A DNA stretch of 64,000 bases, from positions 2,176,001 to 2,240,000 of the forward strand of contig CBDASK010000003.1 of assembly GCA_965199495.1 (NCBI GenBank). Reading direction: 5' to 3'. Below, in pieces: positions 19,630 to 29,142 of this stretch; the stretch's first letter is position 1, and each line of letters opens with the position of its first letter. The notes beneath the pieces were generated by a model. It did no database searches. It had not been told where the DNA came from and saw only the letters and a program-made list of their open reading frames with translations. The DNA comes from Abditibacterium sp. (GTDB taxonomy: Bacteria; Armatimonadota; Abditibacteriia; Abditibacteriales; Abditibacteriaceae). Made by a program: the position numbers and the translations under genes.

Positions 19630-21336
19630 TTACTCTAAAGGCACGCCGTCGCTAATATGATAGCGATAACCCTGTTCCGTCAAAAATATCTGCCGATTAG
19701 CCGCGAACTCCTGATCGCGCGTGTCGCGTGTCACGAGCGTATAAAAACTCGCCGGGCCGCCGTCTTTTTTCGGGCGCAAAATCCGGCCCAATCGCTGCGC
19801 TTCTTCTTGGCGCGAACCGAACGTGCCGCTCACTTGAATTGCCACGTTCGCTTCGGGCAAATCGAGCGAAAAATTAGCGACTTTGGAGACGATTAATAGC
19901 TTATTTTCGCCCGTGCGAAAATTCTCGAACAGTTTCTCGCGCTCGGCCAATTTGGTTTTGCCGGTCACAATCGGCGCGCCAAAATGCTGCGCAATCGCTT
20001 CCAATTGCTCGATATATTGGCCGATAATCAAAACGTTATCTTCGCTGTGGCGTTCGACTAATTGCTCGGCGATTGCAATTTTGCCCAAATTTCGCGCGGC
20101 GATGCCATACTTCTCCTTGGCAGGAGCCACGGCGTAAGCGGTGCGTTCTTCGGCGGGCAAGGGCAAGCGAATTTCGTAACACGACGCGGCGGCGATCCAG
20201 CCTTGTTTTTCCAAATCGCGCCACGGCACGTCGTATTTGCGCGGGCCGATTAAGGAAAACACGTCGTCTTCGCGGCCATCTTCGCGCACTAAAGTCGCGG
20301 TCAAACCCAATCTCCGGCGCGCCTGAATCTCCGCCGTCACGCGAAAAATCGGCGCGGGCAACAGATGGACTTCGTCGTAAATGATCAAACCCCAATCGCG
20401 CGCGCCGAAAACTTCGAGGTGCGGAAACTCGGCGACATCGGCTTCGGCCTCTTTGGTTTTGGTGCCGCGCTTGCGATAGGACAGGCATTGATACGTCGTG
20501 ACCGTCACCGGTTTAATCTCTTTCTTTTCGCCCGAATATTCGCCAATCGCTTCGGCGGGCAGCGAAGTTTTATCGGCGATTTCGTTCATCCACTGGCGCG
20601 CCGCCACGATATTAGTGCAGACGATCAAAGTGTTGGTATTGGAAACCGCCATCGCGCCGATGCCGACCATCGTTTTGCCCGCGCCGCACGGCAATACGAT
20701 CACGCCGCTCCCGCCGCGCGCTTGGCCGTTTGACCAATACAATTCGACGGCGCGCTTTTGATAATCGCGCATCTGCCACGGTTCGCCATCGGCGCGCGTC
20801 GCTTCCAGTTCGATTTCGAGCGGCGCGCCTTCGACGTATCCGGCCAAATCTTCGACGGGAAAACCAATTTTAATCAGCGCCTGTTTCAAATGCCCGCGCC
20901 GCGACGGTTCGATCTGCAAAGCGCGCCGCGTCGGTCGGCTGATTAAATACGGTTTTATCGCTTTATGATGCTCGATTTCGGTGATAAGCAAATCGTCGTC
21001 GCAGCACAGCCACAGTTCGCCGTCGTCCTGCTTTTCGAGCTTGACTTTGCCATATCTTTCGACCGAATCGAGCAAATCAATGCGCACGTTAGGCGGCAAA
21101 GGCCATTTGCCATATTCGTCCAAAGTGTCGAGCATATCGGCGGAAGAGATGCCCGCCGCCGCCGCGTTCCACAGCGACAACGGCGTGATCCGATAGGTGT
21201 GAACGTGTTCGGGCGCTTTCACCAGTTCGCAAAAGCGGCCCAGCGCGTCGCGCGCGGCTTCGTAGTGAGGATTATCTACTTCGAGTAAAACGGTTTTGTC
21301 GGACTGAACGATGAGCGGGTTAGAAGGTGCGGCCAC
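19630..21336 (-). CDS. XPB/Rad25-like DNA repair helicase
   Basis: N-terminal NPLIVQSDKTVLLE...TYRITPLSLWNA, plus LPCGAGKT, DEVH, GLTAT and QRLGRILR motifs. Confidence 0.95.
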   Translation of the reverse strand: MAAPSNPLIVQSDKTVLLEVDNPHYEAARDALGRFCELVKAPEHVHTYRITPLSLWNAAAAGISSADMLDTLDEYGKWPLPPNVRIDLLDSVERYGKVKLEKQDDGELWLCCDDDLLITEIEHHKAIKPYLISRPTRRALQIEPSRRGHLKQALIKIGFPVEDLAGYVEGAPLEIELEATRADGEPWQMRDYQKRAVELYWSNGQARGGSGVIVLPCGAGKTMVGIGAMAVSNTNTLIVCTNIVAARQWMNEIADKTSLPAEAIGEYSGEKKEIKPVTVTTYQCLSYRKRGTKTKEAEADVAEFPHLEVFGARDWGLIIYDEVHLLPAPIFRVTAEIQARRRLGLTATLVREDGREDDVFSLIGPRKYDVPWRDLEKQGWIAAASCYEIRLPLPAEERTAYAVAPAKEKYGIAARNLGKIAIAEQLVERHSEDNVLIIGQYIEQLEAIAQHFGAPIVTGKTKLAEREKLFENFRTGENKLLIVSKVANFSLDLPEANVAIQVSGTFGSRQEEAQRLGRILRPKKDGGPASFYTLVTRDTRDQEFAANRQIFLTEQGYRYHISDGVPLE

Positions 21337-21367
21337 GGTTTTCAGGATAGCAAATGCGCGAGCGCCA

Positions 21368-21468
21368 TTCGTAGAGACGCCGATTTATCGCGTCTAATAT
21401 GTTGAAGTCGTCGCAAAATTGGCGCGTTCATTGACATTTTAGACGCGATAAATCGGCGTCTCTACGAA
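21368..21468. repeat. GTAG-type REPIN-like inverted pair
   Basis: GTAGAGACGCCGATTTATCGCGTCT...AGACGCGATAAATCGGCGTCTCTAC. Confidence 0.9.
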
Positions 21469-21471
21469 AAC

Positions 21472-24171
21472 TCATCCAAATTGTGCCGGGTTAAATTTCT
21501 CGTCTAAAATCGCGATGCGTGTAATACGGTCAACGCGAAACACGCGGCCCGCTTTGCGCCAGTGATCGTAAGCGCCGATGTAGATGTGCCCGCCATCATT
21601 AAATATCTCTATCGGGTTGATTTTGCGGAGCGCCAGACGCGCTTTGCTTTGATATTCGATGACGACACAACGCGATTCGTCGAGCGCGATTTGCAGCAGA
21701 TTCTCGGTTTGCGTTTCGTCCAATCCGTTTTGCAAATCCACTTCGGTTTCGTCGGGATGCGCGGGCACGAGCGTCTTTTTCTTACGGCTGGCCTGCCCGA
21801 TTTCAATCGAACGATGCGCGGGCTTCGAGCGGCACGGCGTGGCTGCTATCGTCGTTGGTCTGGGCGCTTTGAGATGCGTTTCGGCTTTGCCATCGAACGC
21901 AATGCCACGTTTTTTGAGTTGCGCTTTCAATGCAGCCACGTCGCCTGATTGCACCAAAACGATGCCATCGCTTGCCAGCCACAACAGCGATTTGAGTTCT
22001 TCGATGCTCGCCATTTGCTCGATGATTTCGGGCGCGGCGACCAAAACCTGCATCGAACCCAGCGCGACGGGTTTGACTTCGCCTCCCCAGCCGCGAATCG
22101 TTAGCGTGACGTTGGCTGGAACCGGCGGCGTGCCGCTCGTTTGCAAAAACTTTAAAATATCTTCGGCTTTGACGCCGATTTTCGTCGCGCGCGCGACCGA
22201 TTCGCGCGTGATTTGAAAGCGCGCGGCGGTTGTGCTGGCGGGCAATTCGTCGGCGCATTGTTCGATTTTGGAGCGCAACCACAAATCTAAATTGCCTTTG
22301 GGCACGACGATTTCCAGATTTTCGTTCGTCGAAAACGCCTGTTCGGTTTCGATGCTATAATCGAAAGCGCGCGCGCCTTTAGTCGCTAAAAACGTGCGTG
22401 CCGCCTCCAAATAACGCGGCTCGACGACCACCCACAATGGCGAAAGTCGCGTCGCGGCGCCATCGGGCAAACTCGCCATGAACGCGTCCATTTCGGCGGG
22501 GGTGTCGGATTCGAGTATTGTCGCCGAGGGCCGAATCGTCTGGCTTTCCCACAAACTTTCCCAATCGTTGAGCGAATACTCGATGTTTTGCGGCACGCCG
22601 CTGCGACTGTGTTGCGCCAAAAAATCGCGCATTTGCGTGGCGGACAAACCGTCTTGAAACCCGCGATAAACCGATTCGCGATCCAACTTGTAATGCGCCA
22701 CGCGCTCGGCGCTCTCGCGCGTGGCGAAGCGTTCGAGTTGATATAAAGTCTGCAAATGATGGGCTTCGGTGTAGGCCAAAATCTCGAAATTGGGCTGAAT
22801 AATCAACGGTTTTTCGCCCGCCGTTTCGTCGTCGCTGGCGGGCAATTCGGTCGTGAGACCCAGCAGATGCGCGCCCGACGGCGAGAGGCGAAACGCCACG
22901 GCTTCGCCCGATTTGTCGCGCGCGATGGCGACAATTCCCAGCCAACTGAGCGGCTCAGTAAGCATTTGGCGCACAAAACGGCCTTCCACGTTGTCCCAAT
23001 CTATCGTGCGCTGAAATTTATTTTCCCAGCGGTTCGCTCCGACGGGCCAAAATCCCCGATAAAATCCGCCGTCGCGTTGACCGCTGTAATAATGGTGCTG
23101 GTTTTCGCGCGGAATCAGAAATTCGGAATTCTCGGTTTTAATTAAACTTCGCAACGAAGCCAGCGCTTGCCACTGCCCCAGCGTTTCGCGCCCGGCGCGC
23201 TTCAAAATGCCGACCAAATAGGCACGCGCGGTGGGCAGGGCTTCGCTCGTGGGAATGTCGTTGCTGCCATAACCCCACTGCTGCGTTTGGCGGCGCGGCA
23301 CGATTTGCGATTCGGTTTCAATTTCGGGAATCCGAAAAAACTCGCTCCAATTTTCTAATTTAATCCACGCCTCAAACAATCTTTCGACCTGCTCGCGCGC
23401 CGGGCGCGCGAAGAATGCCGAAGCGTCTGGTGCGGGCGCAATCTTCTCGCGTTTCTGTTTCAATAATCCGGTTTCAAACGCCAGCGCGAGGGCGAAACCT
23501 TTCATATTGACTTGTTCTTTGAGATGATTGTCGAGCGCTTTCAAATCGGTTTTACGCAATGTGCCCGCCGTTTTGGTGAGCGTGATTTCGCGTTCGCCCG
23601 CCCAGCGCACGACGCTCCACACGACGTGCAAGAGCGGCGTGGCTGCCTGTTCCTCGATGGAATACGGTTCTTCATTATAGGCTTCGAGCGCGTGCGTTGG
23701 TTTGGGCAATTCGATGGAATCGTTCGCCAATTCGAGCGCGGTTTTGGTACCCTCAATGCCATATTGCGCGTCCAAATCCCAGTTGGAGTAGCGCCCGTCG
23801 GCGACGCGCCAGATTTCGTGGCGCACGTTGCCGGGCGTGTTAAACAGCACCAAAGCCTGCCGCATCAGTTCGTGCAGATGATTATCGAAATTGCCGATGC
23901 CGACCGCGTTCGCCTCGACTTTGAGCGCGTGAACGGTACTGCTGCCGCCCTGCTCGCGCAACAATCGCAGCAAAACTTTCTGCTGCGCGCTCAGTTGCTC
24001 GAAAGCCGCGCGCGTGCCGTCTTCATCGCCGATGACTTTGACCATCGCGTCAATTACGTCGCGCTTGGTGGTCTGCTTTTGATACGCGCCGCGCGCCTTG
24101 ACCATCATCGCCAGCGACGGGCCAGCATAAAGATCGAGTTGCTGCTTGAGATTTTGAGTATTTTGCGCCAT
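21472..24171 (-). CDS. XPB-associated protein: two helicase-associated (Helicase_C_3-like) repeats plus a C-terminal WYL-like domain
   Basis: LIIQPNFEIL...YKLDRESVYRG...VPQNIEYSLNDW, a second repeat FQITRESVARA...VPANVTLTIRGW, and C-terminal IEY...RKINP...AYDHWRKAGRVFRVDRI. Confidence 0.85.
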   Translation of the reverse strand: MAQNTQNLKQQLDLYAGPSLAMMVKARGAYQKQTTKRDVIDAMVKVIGDEDGTRAAFEQLSAQQKVLLRLLREQGGSSTVHALKVEANAVGIGNFDNHLHELMRQALVLFNTPGNVRHEIWRVADGRYSNWDLDAQYGIEGTKTALELANDSIELPKPTHALEAYNEEPYSIEEQAATPLLHVVWSVVRWAGEREITLTKTAGTLRKTDLKALDNHLKEQVNMKGFALALAFETGLLKQKREKIAPAPDASAFFARPAREQVERLFEAWIKLENWSEFFRIPEIETESQIVPRRQTQQWGYGSNDIPTSEALPTARAYLVGILKRAGRETLGQWQALASLRSLIKTENSEFLIPRENQHHYYSGQRDGGFYRGFWPVGANRWENKFQRTIDWDNVEGRFVRQMLTEPLSWLGIVAIARDKSGEAVAFRLSPSGAHLLGLTTELPASDDETAGEKPLIIQPNFEILAYTEAHHLQTLYQLERFATRESAERVAHYKLDRESVYRGFQDGLSATQMRDFLAQHSRSGVPQNIEYSLNDWESLWESQTIRPSATILESDTPAEMDAFMASLPDGAATRLSPLWVVVEPRYLEAARTFLATKGARAFDYSIETEQAFSTNENLEIVVPKGNLDLWLRSKIEQCADELPASTTAARFQITRESVARATKIGVKAEDILKFLQTSGTPPVPANVTLTIRGWGGEVKPVALGSMQVLVAAPEIIEQMASIEELKSLLWLASDGIVLVQSGDVAALKAQLKKRGIAFDGKAETHLKAPRPTTIAATPCRSKPAHRSIEIGQASRKKKTLVPAHPDETEVDLQNGLDETQTENLLQIALDESRCVVIEYQSKARLALRKINPIEIFNDGGHIYIGAYDHWRKAGRVFRVDRITRIAILDEKFNPAQFG

Positions 24172-24194
24172 AAAATCAGTTCGTGTCGCGCGCT

Positions 24195-24410
24195 TTACTG
24201 GGCCGTTGGCGCGACGATGCGCGGCAAATGTCCGTTTTTGCGCAGGGCTTTGATGAGCGGCTCGGCGGCGCTGGCATCGAGCAAAACCGCGCGCGGCGAG
24301 ATGACTTTGACCAATTGCGATTGCAAGCGGCTTTGCTGAAGCAATTCTTCCCACGCGGCGTCGCGCGTCACGGTGAGCAGGGCGAGTTTATCGTGGAGCG
24401 TAAATGACAT
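24195..24410 (-). CDS. Small hypothetical protein, first gene of the XPB operon
   Basis: 71-aa ORF MSFTLHDKLALL...LIKALRKNGHLPRIV ending 23 bp before the next ATG. Confidence 0.7.
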   Translation of the reverse strand: MSFTLHDKLALLTVTRDAAWEELLQQSRLQSQLVKVISPRAVLLDASAAEPLIKALRKNGHLPRIVAPTAQ

Positions 24411-24693
24411 TTGAGAAAATGAAGTATTCCACTTTCGACCAGCCACGCCGACCCATCGCGCCCGCACAACTCTTCCCTGTCAACACGCAAAAACTTATCC
24501 ATATCAGGGAAAACCCCTGCCGAAAAATAAATTTTTACCAGTGGCCCGCGTTATCTCACAAAAGAAAATCAAAGGGTCTCGTGCCATTTGCAGCGGCAGC
24601 ACCGACACTCAATTTCATAATCGAGTGCCCGCCGTAGCGTCGTGGCGCTTTAAATTAGAAAGAGTGTGCGCAGGGGAAAAGCGGAACAGATGG

Positions 24694-24702
24694 TGGTATA
24701 AT
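24694..24702 (+). promoter_or_regulatory. Extended -10 promoter for dnaB
   Basis: TGG-TATAAT about 85 bp upstream of the dnaB ATG. Confidence 0.55.
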
Positions 24703-24787
24703 TGCATCTTCACCTGTCCGCCGTTCCGCGATTTACGACGCCCATTCGCCGCCCACACGAAGTCGAAATCGCCAGCGCGAAAATTCC

Positions 24788-26281
24788 ATGAACAACTCGT
24801 CCGTTATTCCGTTTCCCCAGCGCAACGCCAACAACAACCGGCCCGAATCGCGCGAGAAACTGACGCCCCAATCGCTCGAAGCCGAGCAATCCACTCTGGG
24901 CGCCATGCTCATGGAGCGCGACGCCGTCGCGCGCGCCGTCGAAATCCTCACCGTTGACGATTTCTACCGCGAACTGCACAAAAAAATCTTCAAATCGGTT
25001 CTCAAACTCTTCGACAAGGGCGAACCGATTGACATCGTCACCATCGCCGAAGATTTGCGCCGCAACGGAATGTTGGAAGAAGTCGGCGGCAGCGAATATC
25101 TGTCGGCCCTCATCGAAGCCTGTCCGAGTTCGGTCAACGTCGAGGCTTATGCCAAAGTCGTTTCGGAAAAGAGCGTTTTGCGCCAACTCTTGCGCGCCGC
25201 CGACCAAATTTCGGGCATGGTCTACGCCGAAGGCGACGAAGTGGATAGTTTGGTTGACCAATCGGAAAAGTTGATTTTCAACATTAATCAGACGAAATTA
25301 AAAACTGGTTTTTCTCCAATTAAACAGTTGTTAATGACGGCTTACGATCAAATCGAAAAGCAATTTCAACATAAAGGCGAAGCCACCGGTATTTCAACAG
25401 GTTTTAACGAGTTAGATGATATAACTTCGGGATTGCAGCCGACCGATTTTATAATTGTGGCTGCTCGGCCTTCGATGGGGAAAACGGCGTTATGTTTAAA
25501 TATCGCGCATCATATCGCTTTAAAAGAGAATCAACCTGTTGCTATTTTTTCTCTGGAGATGTCGAAAGAACAGTTGGTGCAACGATTAATTTGTAGCGAA
25601 GCCAGTATTAAATCGCAGGATTTGAGGCGTGGACGCGTGCAAGATGGCGACTGGCATCGCATCACCAACGCGGTCAACCGCTTGTATCAGGCGCCAATGT
25701 TCATTGACGATCAGCCGGGGCAAGGCACCTTTGAGATGCGCGCCAAGGCGCGTCGCCTCATGGCAGAACATGGTCAACTCGGACTTATCGTCGTAGATTA
25801 TTTGCAGCTCGCCCACTCGTCGGGCAAGTCGGAAAACCGCGTGCAAGAAATCTCGGAAATCGCGCGCGCCTTTAAATCAATGGCACGCGAGTTGAAGTGT
25901 CCGCTCATCGCTCTCTCGCAGCTTTCGCGTGCCGTCGAGCAACGCGAAGACAAGCGTCCGATGCTCTCGGATTTGAGAGAAAGCGGATCGATTGAGGCCG
26001 AAGCGGATTTGGTCGCGTTCATTTATCGAGCGAGTTATTACAAGCGCAAGGCGCTGCACAAAAGCTCGGACGAGGGCAAGGGCGGCAAAAAGTCGTATTC
26101 GTCGCAAAGTTCCGCGCCCGTCAGCGACGATGATCCAGAATTTGATCCCGACGAGGGCAAAGCCGAAATCATCATCGGTAAGCACCGCAACGGGCCAGTT
26201 GGAACAATTAAGCTGGGCTTTCAACCGGAATTCGCCAGATTTACCAATTTGGCGCAAGATGATTACGGCGGCGGATATTAG
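24788..26281 (+). CDS. dnaB: Replicative DNA helicase (no intein)
   Basis: PQSLEAEQSTLG, ARPSMGKT, VDYLQL, LSQLSR, SDLRESGSIE and KHRNGP motifs. Confidence 0.98.
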   Translation: MNNSSVIPFPQRNANNNRPESREKLTPQSLEAEQSTLGAMLMERDAVARAVEILTVDDFYRELHKKIFKSVLKLFDKGEPIDIVTIAEDLRRNGMLEEVGGSEYLSALIEACPSSVNVEAYAKVVSEKSVLRQLLRAADQISGMVYAEGDEVDSLVDQSEKLIFNINQTKLKTGFSPIKQLLMTAYDQIEKQFQHKGEATGISTGFNELDDITSGLQPTDFIIVAARPSMGKTALCLNIAHHIALKENQPVAIFSLEMSKEQLVQRLICSEASIKSQDLRRGRVQDGDWHRITNAVNRLYQAPMFIDDQPGQGTFEMRAKARRLMAEHGQLGLIVVDYLQLAHSSGKSENRVQEISEIARAFKSMARELKCPLIALSQLSRAVEQREDKRPMLSDLRESGSIEAEADLVAFIYRASYYKRKALHKSSDEGKGGKKSYSSQSSAPVSDDDPEFDPDEGKAEIIIGKHRNGPVGTIKLGFQPEFARFTNLAQDDYGGGY

Positions 26282-26285
26282 TCGC

Positions 26286-26400
26286 GTCTCCCGTAGAGAC
26301 GCCGATTCATCTTCATCGCGTCTAAAACGTTGGAGTCACCGCGAAATTCGCAGATTCATTACCGTTTTAGACGCGATAAATCGGCGTCTCTGCGGGAGAC
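26286..26400. repeat. GTAG-type REPIN-like inverted pair between convergent genes
   Basis: GTCTCCCGTAGAGACGCCGATTCATCTTCATCGCGTCTAAAACG...CGTTTTAGACGCGATAAATCGGCGTCTCTGCGGGAGAC. Confidence 0.9.
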
Positions 26401-26404
26401 ATTT

Positions 26405-27937
26405 TCAATTCGCGCTCTCCAAAATGACTTCGTGCCCAAACGCCGCTTCCATTAAATCCACGCCACTACGCGCGGTCACCCACATTTCGACTTCGGCGTT
26501 ACGCGCGACGAGCGTGAGCGTCAACTGTTTTTTGTCCCAACTCGCCTGCACATCGCGCACGACGCCACTGCGCCCGCGCTCCAAATATTCCGAGATGCGC
26601 AGCAACGCGGCTAACACTTGCAAACGGTTTTCGTCGCCTTTTTCCAACAGCGATTCCCATTCGCCCGCCATCGGCGTGCCCTTGCGATGATAACGCGTCA
26701 AAAGTGCGATAATCGCGGTTTCGCGCGGTGAAAATCCGGGCAAACCGTTGCTGATAATCAGCATTTGCGAATGCTTGTGATGATCGTTGTAGCGAATCGC
26801 CGTGCCGATGTCATGTAATGTCGCGGCGGCCATCAGCCACTCGCGTTCGAGCGCGCCGTAGCCATGAAGCGGTTGCAATTGGTCGAACAATCGGCCCGAC
26901 AAAAATTTGACGTGCGCGGCGTGGCTGGCTTGATAGTCGAAGAATCGCGCCAGATTTAGCACGCTAAATCCGCGCAAGTCGGGCGCGACCGGAGTGGGCA
27001 TATCGCGCCAGAACTCCTCGAAGAATAAACCTTCGCGCAGGCCAGCGCCCGAAATCGTCAGTTCATCTTGGTCTAACCGCTCCAAAATTTCGCGGATGAC
27101 GAGGGCACCCGGCAGAATAATATCGGCGCGGTCGCTCGATAATCCCGAAATGACACGGCGCTTTTCTAAGGGCAACTCGCACAGTTCACCGATAGTTTCG
27201 TCCAATGAATCCGCCGATAAATGAAAGCCGCCGATGTTTTGCAGGGGAAACTTCTGGCGTGCCGCCCCGATTTTGGCGAGGTTGCGAATCGTGCCGCCCA
27301 ATCCAACGATTTGTTCCCTGTCGCCTGCCAACCAAGCCACGCCGTCGAGTTGGCGATTGATTTCGGTGTTTATCGCTTTCAATTCGGCTTTACTAATCGG
27401 ATCGCTTTTGACAAAACGTTCGGTCAAAGCCAGCGCGCCCAGCGTGAGGGCTTGGCCGCGCACGAAACGGCGCCCGCGCACCTGCGAAACCTGCGCGCTG
27501 CCGCCGCCGATGTCAACCACGACGCCGTTTTCCAACTGCACCGCGCCCAGCGCGCCCAAAACGCCGTAACGCGCTTCTTCGTCGCCGTCCAGAATTTGGA
27601 GCGAAAGCCCGATTTCGCTTTCGACTTGTTCCAAAAACTGCGCGCCGTTGGCTGCCTCGCGCACCGCGCTGGTCGCCGTGGCTATGATGTGGTCAACCTT
27701 CAAACTCTCGCAAAACTGCTTGAATAATCGCAGCGTAATTAAGCCGCGCTGAATCGCATCGGGCGCCAATCCGCCCTGCGTCATACCCTCGCGTAGGCGC
27801 ACGATTTCGCGGATTTCGTCTTCCAGATGATAGCTCCAACCCGCGATAGAATTCATCACGATCACGCGCGCGCTGTTGGAACCTAAGTCAATTATCGCCG
27901 TGCGACGCGGCGCATCGGCGGCAGAACGAATAAGCAT
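26405..27937 (-). CDS. ppx: Exopolyphosphatase/pppGpp phosphohydrolase (Ppx/GppA) with HD domain
   Basis: IDLGSNS, ATSAVREA, DIGGGS, GLREG and LHDIG motifs. Confidence 0.93.
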   Translation of the reverse strand: MLIRSAADAPRRTAIIDLGSNSARVIVMNSIAGWSYHLEDEIREIVRLREGMTQGGLAPDAIQRGLITLRLFKQFCESLKVDHIIATATSAVREAANGAQFLEQVESEIGLSLQILDGDEEARYGVLGALGAVQLENGVVVDIGGGSAQVSQVRGRRFVRGQALTLGALALTERFVKSDPISKAELKAINTEINRQLDGVAWLAGDREQIVGLGGTIRNLAKIGAARQKFPLQNIGGFHLSADSLDETIGELCELPLEKRRVISGLSSDRADIILPGALVIREILERLDQDELTISGAGLREGLFFEEFWRDMPTPVAPDLRGFSVLNLARFFDYQASHAAHVKFLSGRLFDQLQPLHGYGALEREWLMAAATLHDIGTAIRYNDHHKHSQMLIISNGLPGFSPRETAIIALLTRYHRKGTPMAGEWESLLEKGDENRLQVLAALLRISEYLERGRSGVVRDVQASWDKKQLTLTLVARNAEVEMWVTARSGVDLMEAAFGHEVILESAN

Positions 27938-28048
27938 CGCGCTAAGTGTGGCGCACTTTTGGGTTTTGGCCCACTCTCAGACACAGAAATTTCGAGGCGT
28001 AATCGCGATTAAAAAGATAAACTGCTCGCAGTTTTTAGAGAAATTGCC

Positions 28049-29047
28049 ATGAAATCAGCCTCGGCTTTCAGCCTGTTTTTCACCGGAGTCACGTTGTGCC
28101 TTTCGTCCCTTGCCAGTGCGCAGAACGGCGGACAAAACGTGACGCCCGAAACGGCACCGCCGGTTTTGGTGCCAATTGCGCCCGCGAAACGGCGGCTAAC
28201 CGCGATCAAAATTCGCAATGTGCCTTCGGCTTACCTCGCTTGGCAACTCGATCCCGCGCATAACCCGCCGCCGGTCGGCGTGCAATTGGCGCAATTGAAG
28301 CGCGACGGAACGCCCGATGCGCAGCGGCTCGATTTAATGGCGCAGTGGATTCAAATTGACGACGAAACTCTGGCGCGCGCACTGCCCGCATGGAACGCGC
28401 TGGGCGCCTCGAATTGGACGCGCATCGCGACCTATAAAGAACGCGTTGCGCTCGAAACCTTGAACGCTCTGGACGTAATCGCGCCGGTCACGCAGCGAAT
28501 TTTCGCGCGGGACAAACAGCCCAGCTTTTTGTCTTATTTGCCGTTGCGTCCGATTGTCGAGTCTGTCGCTCCGATGCAGCCACCGGCACCGGCGCCCGCC
28601 ATCAAATCGCAGCCGAAAATGGATTCGCTGTTCGCCGATCCACCTTATATTCCCAATTACGCCGAGATGATGCCGATGTTGCCTTATATGGCGCCAATGC
28701 CGAATATGGGAAGTGCGCCCCCGCTTTCTTCGATGACGCCCGACGTGTTATCCGAATTAAATGTCAATCCGTATTTGCGCCTGAATCCGGGCGGCATTGA
28801 CGAAATGCAGGGCGCCAAATTTGGGTTGACGCCCGCCATCAACGCCGACAAAACAATCGCGCTGACTTTGCATCGTTTAAGCGCGTTTCCGGGAGCGGAT
28901 GCCACGATTCAAATGGGCGAGAATGAAACGGCGATATTCTCGTTGCCCGATGTGACCTCGCCCGCCCCAACCAAAATACGCCGCACGTTTCTGTTGGTCA
29001 CACCGCGCCTAATGCCGCCCGCCCCGACCGATTTGCCCACGCCATGA
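28049..29047 (+). CDS. Secreted protein with degenerate secretin-like motifs
   Basis: Signal peptide; TPAINADKTIALTL, GENETAIF and FLLVTPRLM echo secretin beta-domain motifs. Confidence 0.55.
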   Translation: MKSASAFSLFFTGVTLCLSSLASAQNGGQNVTPETAPPVLVPIAPAKRRLTAIKIRNVPSAYLAWQLDPAHNPPPVGVQLAQLKRDGTPDAQRLDLMAQWIQIDDETLARALPAWNALGASNWTRIATYKERVALETLNALDVIAPVTQRIFARDKQPSFLSYLPLRPIVESVAPMQPPAPAPAIKSQPKMDSLFADPPYIPNYAEMMPMLPYMAPMPNMGSAPPLSSMTPDVLSELNVNPYLRLNPGGIDEMQGAKFGLTPAINADKTIALTLHRLSAFPGADATIQMGENETAIFSLPDVTSPAPTKIRRTFLLVTPRLMPPAPTDLPTP

Positions 29048-29142
29048 ACGAAACCGCGTCCGCCAGTTCTCCGAGCCAAATTCGAGGAAATCGCGGCGTG
29101 TGTGGCGGCGATAGTGTCAAACTCTGAGGCGATTTAGCTCCG

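Noticed and set aside
24788..26281. Intein in DnaB
   Set aside because: Both common insertion sites (P-loop GK/T and ESG/SIE) are uninterrupted; only a short low-complexity insert near the C-terminus.
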